In this document: positions 38,857-48,870 of the stretch, piece by piece
Numbering within the stretch: the stretch's first letter is position 1
Layout of the letters: each line of letters begins with the position of its first letter
NCBI GenBank assembly: GCA_965277805.1
Contig: OZ255842.1
Coordinates: 384,001-448,000 of the forward strand
From: Candidatus Lustribacter sp.
GTDB taxonomy: Bacteria > Vulcanimicrobiota > Vulcanimicrobiia > Vulcanimicrobiales > Vulcanimicrobiaceae
Direction: 5' to 3'
Length of the DNA: 64,000 nt
Translations under genes and position numbers: made by a program
Notes under the pieces: model-generated
Seen by the model: only the letters and a program-made list of their open reading frames with translations
The model's database searches: none
Told to the model about the DNA's origin: nothing

Positions 38857-40271
38857 CCGCGCTGCGGCGGCGCCTGACGTTCTCGTACACCGTGCTCGTC
38901 GGGGGCATCATCGCAATCGTCGCGATCGCGCTGGCCGTCTTCGCCGCCGATCGCGTCACGCGCTCGGCCGGCGATGCCATCATGGCTGCGGCGAGTGAAG
39001 CGCGCGAGATCGTCGCCAACGAGCCGTCGATCGCGCCGGCGGCATTGGCCTCACGCGTGCGAGCACTCGTCAATCGCAGCGACATCGAGGTCTTCGTTCT
39101 GCGACCGCGCAGCCGCGGAGCGCGTTTCGACGGCGGCCCGCCCGGCGGCATCGGCGGTCCCGGTCCTGGTCCCGGCTTCGGCGCAGGCCCGCCGCCGGGA
39201 AACGGGGCGCCGCCCGGCTTCGGCGGCCTTCCCTATCGCTCGCCATGGTGGCCGTCAAACGTGCGGCCGGAATTCGTGCCGGCGGGCGGCGCGCAACTCG
39301 CGATCCGTCCCAACGGCCCGCTGCTCGACGCGCGGGTCCGCGAAATCTTCGGCCTGCTCGCGCTCGTGCTCGTGGCGGCCTTCGTGCTCGCCTGGCTCAT
39401 CGCGCGCTGGATCGCGGGCCAAGCCGTCGCGCCGCTCGTCGCGGTCACGGCGGAGCTGCGCCGCTTCGCCTCGGGCGATTTCACGCCGAACGCCGTTCCG
39501 TTCGGGCGTTTCTCCGACGTCGGCGAACTGATCACCGCGTACAACGGCGCGGGTGCACAAGTTGCCGCGGCGTTCGCCGCAGCAGAGCGCGGTGAAGCGA
39601 GTATGCGGCGCTTTCTCGCGGATGCCGGACACGAATTGCGCACGCCGCTGTCGGTCGTGACCGCGTATATCGACATCTTGCGTAAAGGCGGCGCCGACGA
39701 TCCGGACATGCGCGCGCAAGCGTTCAGCACGCTCGCGAGCGAGACGCTGCGCATGCGCCGGCTCGTCGACCGGCTTGTCGCGCTCGCGCGGCTCGAACAG
39801 CCGGAGACGACGCAGCCGGTAGTGCTCGACCTTGGTGCGCTCGCCCGCGATGCGGTCGAGGCGATCGTGGCCGCGCGTGGCGGCGACGTTTCGTGCGAGG
39901 TGGAGTCCGGCACGTACGTGCGCGCCGATCCGGCCGACTTGCACGAAGCGATCGCCAACCTCGTCGACAACGCGCTCAAATACGGCGTCGGGTCGCTCGT
40001 GCGCGTGATGGTCGAGCACGAGCGCGACACGGTCGTCGTGCGCGTGAGCGACTGCGGCCCCGGCATCGAGCCGCCCGATCGCGAGAAGATCTTCGAGCGC
40101 TTCTATCGCGCCGCGGGCCACGCGGACATCTCCGGCTCGGGTCTGGGCCTCGCGATCGCGGCGCGCGCGGCCAAGCGAGCCGGCGGCGACCTGACGCTCG
40201 AACGCTCGGAACCCGGCGAAACGGTCTTCGCCGTGCGCCTGCCCCTGCACGTCGTCGCAAGCGTCAGCTGA
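38853..40271 (+). CDS. HAMP sensor histidine kinase
   Basis: Two TM helices, Gly/Pro-rich sensor loop; HELRTP, NALKY, D.GPG and GSGLGL motifs. Confidence 0.93.
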   Translation: MTALRRRLTFSYTVLVGGIIAIVAIALAVFAADRVTRSAGDAIMAAASEAREIVANEPSIAPAALASRVRALVNRSDIEVFVLRPRSRGARFDGGPPGGIGGPGPGPGFGAGPPPGNGAPPGFGGLPYRSPWWPSNVRPEFVPAGGAQLAIRPNGPLLDARVREIFGLLALVLVAAFVLAWLIARWIAGQAVAPLVAVTAELRRFASGDFTPNAVPFGRFSDVGELITAYNGAGAQVAAAFAAAERGEASMRRFLADAGHELRTPLSVVTAYIDILRKGGADDPDMRAQAFSTLASETLRMRRLVDRLVALARLEQPETTQPVVLDLGALARDAVEAIVAARGGDVSCEVESGTYVRADPADLHEAIANLVDNALKYGVGSLVRVMVEHERDTVVVRVSDCGPGIEPPDREKIFERFYRAAGHADISGSGLGLAIAARAAKRAGGDLTLERSEPGETVFAVRLPLHVVASVS

Positions 40272-40314
40272 GGCCGCAAATCCCAGGCGCGGAAATGCGT
40301 TATACTAGGTGACC

Positions 40315-40839
40315 ATGGCCTATCTCCGCGAGATCGTCACCGAGGGTCACCCGACCTTGCGCAAGGTTGCAAAGCGGGTGAACGTGGGTGAGATTGCCGA
40401 CCCGATCTTCCAACAGCTCATCGACGACATGTTCGAGACGATGTATGCTGCCCCGGGGATCGGCTTGGCTGCGCCGCAAGTTAATGTAAGCAAGCGTATT
40501 TTCACCGTCGACCTTCAGGACGACGACCCGGAACACGGGCCGCTGGTGCTTATCAATCCGAAGTTCACGCTGACCGAAGGCGAGATCGAGGCGACCGAAG
40601 GCTGCCTCTCCGTGCCCGGAATGGTCGGCGAGATGACCCGCTTCGAGCACGTCGTCTGTCACGCGCTCGACCGGCACGGGAAGAAGATCGAACTCGACGC
40701 CGTGGGCTGGTTTGCGCGTTGCCTGCAGCACGAGATGGACCATCTCGACGGTGTGCTCTACATCGACAAGGCGCAGAACCTTCGTCCCGCCGTGACGGAC
40801 GAGGAGCAAGCGGAAGCCGAAGCGGCGTTAACGCGCTGA
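40315..40839 (+). CDS. def: Peptide deformylase
   Basis: GIGLAAPQ, EGCLS and HEMDH motifs. TATACT at 40301-40306. Confidence 0.97.
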   Translation: MAYLREIVTEGHPTLRKVAKRVNVGEIADPIFQQLIDDMFETMYAAPGIGLAAPQVNVSKRIFTVDLQDDDPEHGPLVLINPKFTLTEGEIEATEGCLSVPGMVGEMTRFEHVVCHALDRHGKKIELDAVGWFARCLQHEMDHLDGVLYIDKAQNLRPAVTDEEQAEAEAALTR

Positions 40840-41894
40840 AGGCTGTATTTTTCGGAACCAGCACGTTTGCGGTTCCGGCACTCCAGCGACTGGCCGCGCT
40901 CGCCGATGTGGTCGCGGTCGTCACGCAGCCCGATCGTCCGGCCGGGCGCGGTCAGCAACTCACGCCCACGCCGGTGAAGGTCGCGGCGCAAGCGCTCGGC
41001 CTCACCGTGCTGACGCCCGAAAAGCTGCGCCCGTTCGCGACCGAACTCGCCCGGCTCGCGCCCGACCGCTGCGTCGTCGCGTCGTACGGGCGCATCGTGC
41101 CGCAGGCCTTGCTTGACGTCGTGCCGTTGTGGCTGAACATTCATCCCTCGATGCTTCCGCTCTACCGCGGCGCAACGCCGATTCAATCGGCAATTCGCGA
41201 CGGACGGAGCGTGACCGCGGTATCGATCATCGCGATGGATGCCGGTATGGATACGGGCGACTTGCTCGCGCAGACGGAGCCGCTCGCGATCGGCGCCGAC
41301 GAAACGTACGGCGAACTGCACGACCGGCTGGCCGATATCGGCGCCGAACTGCTCGCCGACGTGCTCGCGGCCGATGCGCGCGGCGAACTCTATCCAAACC
41401 GCCAGTCGCAGCGGGCGGGCGACCTCGGCCTCAGCGATGAGGAAATCGCGAGCACGGCGACGCGGCCGTTCGGCAAAGAAGATCGCGTGCTGCCGCCGTA
41501 TGCGACGGCGCGTGAGGCGATCGATCGCATCCGCTCGCTGGCACCGAGTCCGGGCGCGCAACTGATCGGCGGCCTGCGTCCGTCGATCGGCGAAACGCCG
41601 CTGCCGGCTTTCAAGATTTTGCGCGCGCACAAGAGCACGAAATCGCCGCTCGCCGATGGCCGCGACGTGCCGGCCGGGACGGTCGTTGCGCATCGCGGGT
41701 TTCTCTACGTGCGCGCCAACGACGCGTGGATCGTCGTCGACGAAGTCCTGCCGGCCGGCAAGAGCGCGATGCCGATCGAAGCGTTCGCCAACGGACGGCG
41801 TATCGATAACGTGTACGTGCCCGAAGACGACGTGGTCGACGGTCTCGGTGCGTTGCGCTTCCGCGAACGTACCGGCGAGCTGCTCGCGCGATGA
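40836..41894 (+). CDS. fmt: Methionyl-tRNA formyltransferase (probable CTG start)
   Basis: FFGTS.FA, TQPDRPAGRG, NIHPSMLP.YRG and MDTGD motifs. Confidence 0.92.
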   Translation: MKAVFFGTSTFAVPALQRLAALADVVAVVTQPDRPAGRGQQLTPTPVKVAAQALGLTVLTPEKLRPFATELARLAPDRCVVASYGRIVPQALLDVVPLWLNIHPSMLPLYRGATPIQSAIRDGRSVTAVSIIAMDAGMDTGDLLAQTEPLAIGADETYGELHDRLADIGAELLADVLAADARGELYPNRQSQRAGDLGLSDEEIASTATRPFGKEDRVLPPYATAREAIDRIRSLAPSPGAQLIGGLRPSIGETPLPAFKILRAHKSTKSPLADGRDVPAGTVVAHRGFLYVRANDAWIVVDEVLPAGKSAMPIEAFANGRRIDNVYVPEDDVVDGLGALRFRERTGELLAR

Positions 41895-43237
41895 CGACCG
41901 CGTTACGTCCGGCGCCGAGCGCGCGCAACGTTGCCTTCGCCGTCATTCGCGACGTCTTCGGGCCCGACGCGCGTGGTGCGGCCGAATCGCTCGACCGGCA
42001 TCTGCGCAAGTCGTCGCTCGATCCGCGCGATCGCGCGTTCGTGACCGAACTCGCCTATGGCACGATCGAGCGCCGGCGCTGGCTCGATTGGCAACTCGAA
42101 CCCTACCTCGGCGCACGCGCGGCGAAGCTGCCGCAGATGATCGCCGAGATCTTGCGGCTGGGCACCTACCAGCTGCGCGCGATGCGCGTACACGAATACG
42201 CCGCGGTGTCGGAGAGCGTGCAGCTTGCGCGGCGCTTCGGCCATCCCGGCACGGCCGGCCTGGTGAATGCGGTGCTGCGCCGCGTGTCGACCGATCCCGA
42301 GCGCGAAGTCACCGAAGCGGACGTAGCCTCACACGACGATTTGCTCGGCACGCGCGTCTCGCTGCCGACCTGGATCGTGCGGATGTGGCGCGAACGTTTC
42401 GGCGAGGCACAGCTGCAAGCGATCCTCGACGGCGTAAACGGTCCGGCTGCGACCGGCCTATCGATCGACCGCCGCAAAACCACGCGCGATGAAACGATCG
42501 CGCGCCTAGCCGAATACGGCATCGTCGCGCGGCCGTCCGCGTTCGCGGCGGATGCGATCGTGCTTGCTGCCGCGGTGCCGACGCCGGCACTGCGCGAGGC
42601 GCTCGGCGACCGCGCCGAACTGCACTCCGAAGTCGCGTGCTTTCCGGTCGACTTGCTCGATCCGCAGCCGGGCGAACGCATCCTCGAAGCGTGCAGCGGG
42701 CGTGGGAACAAGACGCTGCAACTCGCGAGCGCGATCGGCGATCGGGGCACGATCGTCGCGATCGATACCGATGCGCGCAAGATCGCGCGCGCGCAAGCGC
42801 GTTTGGCCGAGGCCGGCGTTACGTCGGTCACGCTGCGCACCGGCGATGCGGGCGCGCTCGACGGCAGCGAAACGTTCGACGCGATCCTCGTCGATGCGCC
42901 CTGTTCCGGCTTGGGCATCATCGGACGCCAGCCGGAAGCGCGCTGGCGCAAGTCGCCCGAGGACGGCGCGCGCCTCGCGCCGCAACAGCGCGCGCTCATC
43001 GATGCCGCCGCGCGAGCGCTCGCACCCGGCGGCCGGCTCGTGTACGCGGTCTGTTCGACCGATGCACGCGAAGGCGAAGGCGTGATCGACCCGTTTCTCG
43101 CCGCGCATCCCGAACTCGAACGCGCCGCGCTGCCGGAGCGCTACGCAGCGCTTGCGACGCCGGCCGGCGACGTGCTCGTCGCGCCGGGCATCGAAGGCCG
43201 GGACGGCTTCTACATCGGGGTGATGCGCCGGCGGTGA
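41891..43237 (+). CDS. rsmB: 16S rRNA m5C967 methyltransferase (NusB-like + SAM domains)
   Basis: NAVLR, DAPCSGLG, VYAVCS and DGFY motifs. Confidence 0.9.
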   Translation: MTTALRPAPSARNVAFAVIRDVFGPDARGAAESLDRHLRKSSLDPRDRAFVTELAYGTIERRRWLDWQLEPYLGARAAKLPQMIAEILRLGTYQLRAMRVHEYAAVSESVQLARRFGHPGTAGLVNAVLRRVSTDPEREVTEADVASHDDLLGTRVSLPTWIVRMWRERFGEAQLQAILDGVNGPAATGLSIDRRKTTRDETIARLAEYGIVARPSAFAADAIVLAAAVPTPALREALGDRAELHSEVACFPVDLLDPQPGERILEACSGRGNKTLQLASAIGDRGTIVAIDTDARKIARAQARLAEAGVTSVTLRTGDAGALDGSETFDAILVDAPCSGLGIIGRQPEARWRKSPEDGARLAPQQRALIDAAARALAPGGRLVYAVCSTDAREGEGVIDPFLAAHPELERAALPERYAALATPAGDVLVAPGIEGRDGFYIGVMRRR

Positions 43238-43833
43238 ACGCGATCGCGCGTTTCGAGGCGCTCTGTGCGCGCGTCGTCGAAGGCACGTTTGCCCGCATCT
43301 TTCCCAGTGCGCTCGAGCCGGCGCAAGTCGGGCGCAAGCTCATCGCGGCGCAGGCCGCGACCCCGACCGACACCTATCTCGTGCGCGTGCACCCGGTCGA
43401 CTACGCGCGCTTCGCGAGCGATCGCGCGTTTCTCGAAGCGCGCTGGAGCGCGATGTTGCGCGAAGGCGCGGCCGAGCGCGATTCGCCGCAAGCGATCTTA
43501 CACGAAGATCCGGAAATCGTGGCCGGTTCGGTGACGGTGGAAGCACTGGTCGATGATCGGCCCGTCGTGCTCACACTGGTGCGTCCGGGCGAGACGATCG
43601 CGCTCTTCGACGGCTTGCGCATCGGCCGTCACGAGGACAACGACGTCACGATCCCCGACGGCCGTGTGTCGCGTCATCACGCGCGCATTGTTGCCGACGG
43701 CGACGGGTTCGCGATCGAAGACCTGCAATCATCGAACGGCACGTTCGTCGACGGCGCGCAAGTGCAGCGCGCGCGATTGCATCCCGGCGCGTCGATCGTG
43801 GTCGGCGAGACGGTGCTCGAGATCCGTGGCTGA
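43234..43833 (+). CDS. fhaA: FhaA-like protein (DUF3662 + FHA)
   Basis: FARIF...LEP N-terminal domain; IGR, VSRHHA and DLQSSNGT motifs. Confidence 0.8.
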   Translation: MNAIARFEALCARVVEGTFARIFPSALEPAQVGRKLIAAQAATPTDTYLVRVHPVDYARFASDRAFLEARWSAMLREGAAERDSPQAILHEDPEIVAGSVTVEALVDDRPVVLTLVRPGETIALFDGLRIGRHEDNDVTIPDGRVSRHHARIVADGDGFAIEDLQSSNGTFVDGAQVQRARLHPGASIVVGETVLEIRG

Positions 43834-44242
43834 CCCGCGATACGCCACCCTGGCGGTCACCGCCGGCCTCGCGCTTTTCGTGGTGCTGGTTCGCGACCGG
43901 CGCGGTGCCCCGCCCCGGCCCGCGCTCGAGGCGACGATCCCGGCCGGCATCGAGCTGGTCGTCGACGACGGCGCCACGATCACGACCCGGCGCCTGGGAC
44001 GCCGCATTCTGGTCGGCCGCGCACCCAGCGCCGACGTACGAATCGACGATCCCAGGGTGAGCCGCTTGCACGCGCGCATTGAAATGCGGGATGATGGTGT
44101 GTACGTGGAAGATCTCGGGAGTCGGAACGGCACCCTTGTCGACGGGGTACCGGTGGTGAGCAGTCGCCAGCTTGCTCATGGAGCCGAACTCACGATCGGA
44201 ACCGCGTCCATCATTTTCCGAGGGGTCGGCTCATGGAAATAG
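43826..44242 (+). CDS. Membrane-anchored FHA domain protein (FhaB-like)
   Basis: N-terminal TM helix; VGR, VSRLHA and DLGSRNGT motifs. Confidence 0.85.
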   Translation: MADPRYATLAVTAGLALFVVLVRDRRGAPPRPALEATIPAGIELVVDDGATITTRRLGRRILVGRAPSADVRIDDPRVSRLHARIEMRDDGVYVEDLGSRNGTLVDGVPVVSSRQLAHGAELTIGTASIIFRGVGSWK

Positions 44243-45078
44243 CGGTCGGTTCGAAGCCTGGAGCCCGCTCGCGCGGGAACGTCGACGCCCACGTGGCGGA
44301 AGTGATCGCTCCGGGTGTCGTGCTGCTCGCCGTCGCCGAGGGCTTCGGCTCCGTCCGCGGTCAGGCCGCGCCGCTGGTCGCGGCGCTCGCCGTTCGCGAT
44401 GCCTTGCGCCACCGCGTCCGTCCGGACGGCCGCGATGCGCGCGCCGCCCTGCTCTCCGCCTTTGCCAGCGCCAACGCGCGCGTCTTCGCGCACTCGGGCA
44501 GCCACGACGACTTCGTCGCGTCCGGTTCGTCAATTTCCGCCGCGCTGATCGTCGGCGATCGCGCGCACATCGCCCACGTCGGCGGCACGCGCGCCTACCT
44601 CAGCCGTGACGGTTCGCTGATGGCGCTCACCACCGACGACGAGCTCGGCGGTGAAGATTGGCTGTCGGCGTGGACGAGCGTGCCGACCGAAGCGCTGACG
44701 GGGCCCGTGCTCACGCGCACGCTCGGCACGCAGGCGACGCTCGATGCGACGGTGACCAACGTGCGTTTGATGCACGGCGACGCGCTCGTGCTCGCGACCG
44801 GCGGCTTCCACAAAGCGATTAGCGACGATGAGATCTCGTACGCGCTGCGCACGACCGACTCATCGGAGTCGGTCACGCAGCGGTTGCTTGAAACCGGCAG
44901 CATGCGCGGCAGCGCGTTCGGCGGCACCGTCATCGTCGGCCGAGCGCTCACCGACGCCGCCCCGCCGATCGACGCCGGCCCGTCGTTTCACATCCGTACG
45001 GCGGCGCTCGCGCTGACGATGCTCATCATCGCATCGCTCATCGCCGCCGCCGTCTTCCACATCTTCCTACAGCCTTAG
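44233..45078 (+). CDS. PP2C/PstP-fold protein with C-terminal TM helix, catalytic Asp residues substituted
   Basis: Fold motifs read VAEGFG, HVGGTRAY, LTRTLG and LATGGF. Occupies the PstP position in the fha cluster. Confidence 0.82.
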   Translation: MEIAVGSKPGARSRGNVDAHVAEVIAPGVVLLAVAEGFGSVRGQAAPLVAALAVRDALRHRVRPDGRDARAALLSAFASANARVFAHSGSHDDFVASGSSISAALIVGDRAHIAHVGGTRAYLSRDGSLMALTTDDELGGEDWLSAWTSVPTEALTGPVLTRTLGTQATLDATVTNVRLMHGDALVLATGGFHKAISDDEISYALRTTDSSESVTQRLLETGSMRGSAFGGTVIVGRALTDAAPPIDAGPSFHIRTAALALTMLIIASLIAAAVFHIFLQP

Positions 45079-46196
45079 AGATTTCCGCGCTTCGCTTGTT
45101 CCTTTTCGATCGAGACGAAGAGCGCTTTGAAGTTGCCTTTGCCGAACGACTCGGCGCCGTGGCGCTGGATGATTTCGAAGAACAGCGTCGGACGGTCTTG
45201 CAGCGGTTTGGTGAAGATCTGCAGCATGTAGCCCTGATCGTCGCGGTCGACGAGAATGTTCAGTTCGCGCAGCGTTGCAACGTCTTCGTCGATCGCGCCG
45301 ACGCGCGCCGAGAGGTCGTCGTAATAGGACGCCGGCGTGGTGAGCAGCTCGACGCCGTTGGCTTGTAGCGCGCGCACCGTTGCGACGATGTCGTCGGTGG
45401 CGATCGCAACGTGCTGCACGCCCGCGCCGCCGTAGGACTCGAGGTATTCCTCGATCTGCGAGCGTTTACGGCCGTGCGCAGGTTCGTTGATCGGCAGCTT
45501 CACGGTGCCGGTGGCGTTGCGCATCACTTTCGAACGCAGTGCGGTGTATTCGGTCGAGATGTCGCGATCGTCGAAGCTGATCAGTTCCTGAAAGTCGAAC
45601 GCGTCGGCGTAGAACCGGCACCAGGTTTCCATCTCGTTCCAGCCGACGTTGCCGACGCAGTGGTCGATCGCGCGCAAACCCACCGGCGTGCCCGCATGCG
45701 CGGTACTCTGCCAAGCGATGAAACCGGGCAGCCAGATCGCGCTCGCACCCGAGCGCTCGACCAGCGTGTGAATCGTATCACCGTAGGTTCCGACCGCCGC
45801 CAGCACCGCGCGCGCGCCGGTTTCTTCGACGACGGCCGGCCCGAACACGGGCTTTGCGCCGTGCGCGACGAGATGCCGAAACGCCGCAGTTGCGTCGGGC
45901 GTCGAGAACGCGACGCCGCGTACGCCGTCGCCGTGCCGCGCAACGTGATCGTTGATCGGACCGCCCGGCCGCAATGCCGACGTCAGCACGAGGCGGATGT
46001 CGCCCTGCGCGACCACGTAGGAGGCGCGGTCGGCGAGCCCGGTTTCGGGGCCGGCGTAGGCCAGGGGCCGGAAGCCGAGGGCGGTGATGTAGTACTCTGC
46101 GGCCTGCTTCGCATTGCCGACCCACAGCTCGAGGTGGTCGAAGCGCAGGGCGCCGCCGTCATAGCGGCCGACGGGGAGCGGAGCAGTCATCGTCAT
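45075..46196 (-). CDS. hppD: 4-hydroxyphenylpyruvate dioxygenase
   Basis: HGDGV, IDHCVGN, GVQHVA, LQIFT and FFEIIQR.G..FGKGNF motifs. Confidence 0.96.
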   Translation of the reverse strand: MTMTAPLPVGRYDGGALRFDHLELWVGNAKQAAEYYITALGFRPLAYAGPETGLADRASYVVAQGDIRLVLTSALRPGGPINDHVARHGDGVRGVAFSTPDATAAFRHLVAHGAKPVFGPAVVEETGARAVLAAVGTYGDTIHTLVERSGASAIWLPGFIAWQSTAHAGTPVGLRAIDHCVGNVGWNEMETWCRFYADAFDFQELISFDDRDISTEYTALRSKVMRNATGTVKLPINEPAHGRKRSQIEEYLESYGGAGVQHVAIATDDIVATVRALQANGVELLTTPASYYDDLSARVGAIDEDVATLRELNILVDRDDQGYMLQIFTKPLQDRPTLFFEIIQRHGAESFGKGNFKALFVSIEKEQAKRGNL

Positions 46197-46280
46197 ACTA
46201 CCAAGATACCGCGCAGCAGGCGCGAACGGGGCGGCCGAGCCGCAATAATCCGCTAAAGAATAGGGCCGCCGGGGCAAAAG

Positions 46281-46772
46281 ATGGCGCAAATCGCGTTAGA
46301 CGCAATCGACCGTGAAATCCTGATCGCGCTTCAGGCCAATGCCCGCCTGCCCAACAACGATCTGGCGGCCGCCGTCGGCCTCTCGCCCTCGCCGTGCCTG
46401 CGGCGCGTGCGGCGGCTGGAGAAGCTGGGCGTGATCACCGGTTACAGCGCGCTGCTGAACCGCGCGGGGGTCGGGATCGGGCTGACCGCGTTCGTCAGCG
46501 TCGACATCGAGCGCAATCGCAAGGCCGAGACCGATCTCTTGCGCGCGCAGATCCAAGCCTTGCCCGAAGTCGTCGCCGCGCACATCGTCACCGGCGATTC
46601 CGATTTTCTGCTCGAGGTCGCAACCGCAAACCTCGAGACGTTTTCGCAGTTCGTGCTCGGCGTGCTCAACAAACTCCCCGGCGTCAAGGGCGTTCGCTCG
46701 AACATCTCGCTCGACGTCGTCAAACACGCGGCAGCGCTGCCGATTCCGCCGGTCGAACGCAGCGCATCGTGA
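46281..46772 (+). CDS. Lrp/AsnC family regulator
   Basis: LDAIDREIL and GLSPSPCLRRVRRLE motifs; divergent from hppD. Confidence 0.93.
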   Translation: MAQIALDAIDREILIALQANARLPNNDLAAAVGLSPSPCLRRVRRLEKLGVITGYSALLNRAGVGIGLTAFVSVDIERNRKAETDLLRAQIQALPEVVAAHIVTGDSDFLLEVATANLETFSQFVLGVLNKLPGVKGVRSNISLDVVKHAAALPIPPVERSAS

Positions 46773-48010
46773 TACTCGAGCGCGTGCGCGAACTTTGGCC
46801 GATGGCGACGGCTCTCGTGTTTGCCGCGGCCATGTTCACGCTGGCCGCGCCGCATTCGCTCGGTCCGCCGTGGATCGCCGGCTTGTTGGCCGTGCTCGCG
46901 ATCGTGTGGGTTGCAGTGCAACCGTCCTCGACGACGCGCGACGATACGCTGCCGGCGCTCGCAATCGTGATCGCCGCGCTCGGCGTGATCCTGGTTGCGC
47001 GTCTGTCGCCCGATCTCGCGGCCAAGCAAATGCTCTGGCTTGCGTTTTCGCTCGTGCTCGTGCTGATCGCGGGTCCGGCGTTCACGCGCTTTCGCGTGCT
47101 TTCGGCGTACACGTACGTGTGGATCGTTGTCGCGATCGTGCTCTTTGTTGCTCTCGCGCTATTCGGGCAAGAAGTCAACGGCGCGAAGCTGTGGATTCGC
47201 ATCGGCGGCGTGCAGTTCGAACCGGTGGAAGTCATCAAACTGCTCGTCGTGCTTTTTATGGCCTCCTATCTGGCCGCAACGGCCGATGTGATCGAGCGCA
47301 CGAAGCCCTGGTCGTTGCGCGCCAACGCGAAATATCTCGGGCCGCTCTTCATCGGCTGGGGCGCATCGATGGCGATTCTCGTGCTTGAACGCGACTTGGG
47401 GATGGCGGTGCTGCTGCTCTCCACGTTTGCGGCGATGCTGTACGTTGCGACCCGGCGCGTCGATCTGATCGTCGGCTGCACCGCGATCTTCGCCGCGGCG
47501 ATCTGGTTTGCGGCGACGCACTTTCACTACGTGCAAGCGCGCATCGCGGTGTGGCACGATCCGTTCCGCGATCCCTACGGTGCCGGCTATCAAGCGATGC
47601 AGTCGCTGTTCTCGCTCGCGGCCGGCGGCCTGTTCGGCACCGGCTATCACGCCGGACGGCCGGACTTCATTCCCGACGTTGCGACCGACTACGTCTACGC
47701 CGCCTATACCGAAGAGTGGGGCGCCGTCGGCGCGATCGTGTTGTGCGCGGCGTTTCTTGCGCTGATCCTGCGCATGCTCGTCGTCGCGCAGCGTCAGCCC
47801 GATCTGTATTCGAAGCTGCTCGCCACCGGTCTGGCGGCGACGCTCGGGTTTCAGGTTGTGATCATCGTCGGCGGCGTGTTGCGGCTCTTCCCCCTCACCG
47901 GGATAACGCTGCCGTTCGTTTCGTACGGCGGGAGTTCGCTCGTGACGAACTTTTTGCTCGTCGCACTCGTATGGGCAATTTCGGGCGAACGTCGAAGAGT
48001 GCCTGAGTGA
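46769..48010 (+). CDS. FtsW/RodA/SpoVE (SEDS) family protein
   Basis: NGAKLWI, P.E..K, DLG, GYQ and PLTGITLPFVSYGGSS motifs. Confidence 0.93.
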   Translation: MILERVRELWPMATALVFAAAMFTLAAPHSLGPPWIAGLLAVLAIVWVAVQPSSTTRDDTLPALAIVIAALGVILVARLSPDLAAKQMLWLAFSLVLVLIAGPAFTRFRVLSAYTYVWIVVAIVLFVALALFGQEVNGAKLWIRIGGVQFEPVEVIKLLVVLFMASYLAATADVIERTKPWSLRANAKYLGPLFIGWGASMAILVLERDLGMAVLLLSTFAAMLYVATRRVDLIVGCTAIFAAAIWFAATHFHYVQARIAVWHDPFRDPYGAGYQAMQSLFSLAAGGLFGTGYHAGRPDFIPDVATDYVYAAYTEEWGAVGAIVLCAAFLALILRMLVVAQRQPDLYSKLLATGLAATLGFQVVIIVGGVLRLFPLTGITLPFVSYGGSSLVTNFLLVALVWAISGERRRVPE

Positions 48011-48870
48011 GGGGTGTATCGACGGCTATTTGGTCGGTCGTACTTGCTGGTTCGATCATTTCGATCGGAGCCGGTTTCGTCGGCGGCCGTTCGATTGGGT
48101 CGGCGGGCAGCCTACCAGTCGCGAACGCCAAGAAGACTGACGACGAGCTCCCCGCGCCGATCCGCCAGCGCCTCATGCGGCGCTCCCTCTTCGGCGCCCA
48201 TTCGCTCGACGCGGCCGAGTCGTACGACCCCTACGGTGACCCCGAGCTCGGCGTGACCGACCGCTCGCGCGCAGCTGCCGGCTACGATCCGCGCACCGAC
48301 CGGGCGAAGATCGCCGTGATCGTGATCGACGCGGGCAGTGCCGGACCCGGCCTTGATATGTTCACCCGTTCGCCGTTGCCGCTCACCTTGGCGGTGGCGC
48401 CGGCCGACGACAACGCGGGTTCGGCCGTGCAATCGATCGAGGCCGCCGGCAAGACCGCCGTCGTCGACGGCACTCAGGGCTCGCCGGCGCGGATCGCGGC
48501 CTTGATTCACGACGGCGCACGCGGCGTGATCGCCTCGCTCGACGAACAGCGTGCGGGCGCACTGCTGCGCGGCATCGATCGCAACGCTCTGGTCGTGGAC
48601 GCGGCGCTGTCGGAAGACGACGCCATCGCGTCGGCCGCACGCGCGTTGCACCGTCCGCTCTACACGCGCGACGTGATCGCCGATGCGCGCGACGACGGTG
48701 CGTACGTCGATTTTATGCTGCGCAATGCTCTGGCGATCGCCCAGCGCACCGGCACGGCGATCGTCGCGGTCCACGCGCGTGCGCAGAGCTTCGATGCGAT
48801 TACGCGTTTCGCCGATCGGGCGAGCCGTGATGGCGCCGATATCGTCGCGTTGACCGACCTCACTCATTGA
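48007..48870 (+). CDS. Divergent polysaccharide deacetylase family (YibQ-like), degenerate
   Basis: N-terminal TM helix; IAVIVID.G, PLTLAV.P, RDVIAD and GTAIVAVH motifs. Confidence 0.65.
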   Translation: MRGVSTAIWSVVLAGSIISIGAGFVGGRSIGSAGSLPVANAKKTDDELPAPIRQRLMRRSLFGAHSLDAAESYDPYGDPELGVTDRSRAAAGYDPRTDRAKIAVIVIDAGSAGPGLDMFTRSPLPLTLAVAPADDNAGSAVQSIEAAGKTAVVDGTQGSPARIAALIHDGARGVIASLDEQRAGALLRGIDRNALVVDAALSEDDAIASAARALHRPLYTRDVIADARDDGAYVDFMLRNALAIAQRTGTAIVAVHARAQSFDAITRFADRASRDGADIVALTDLTH

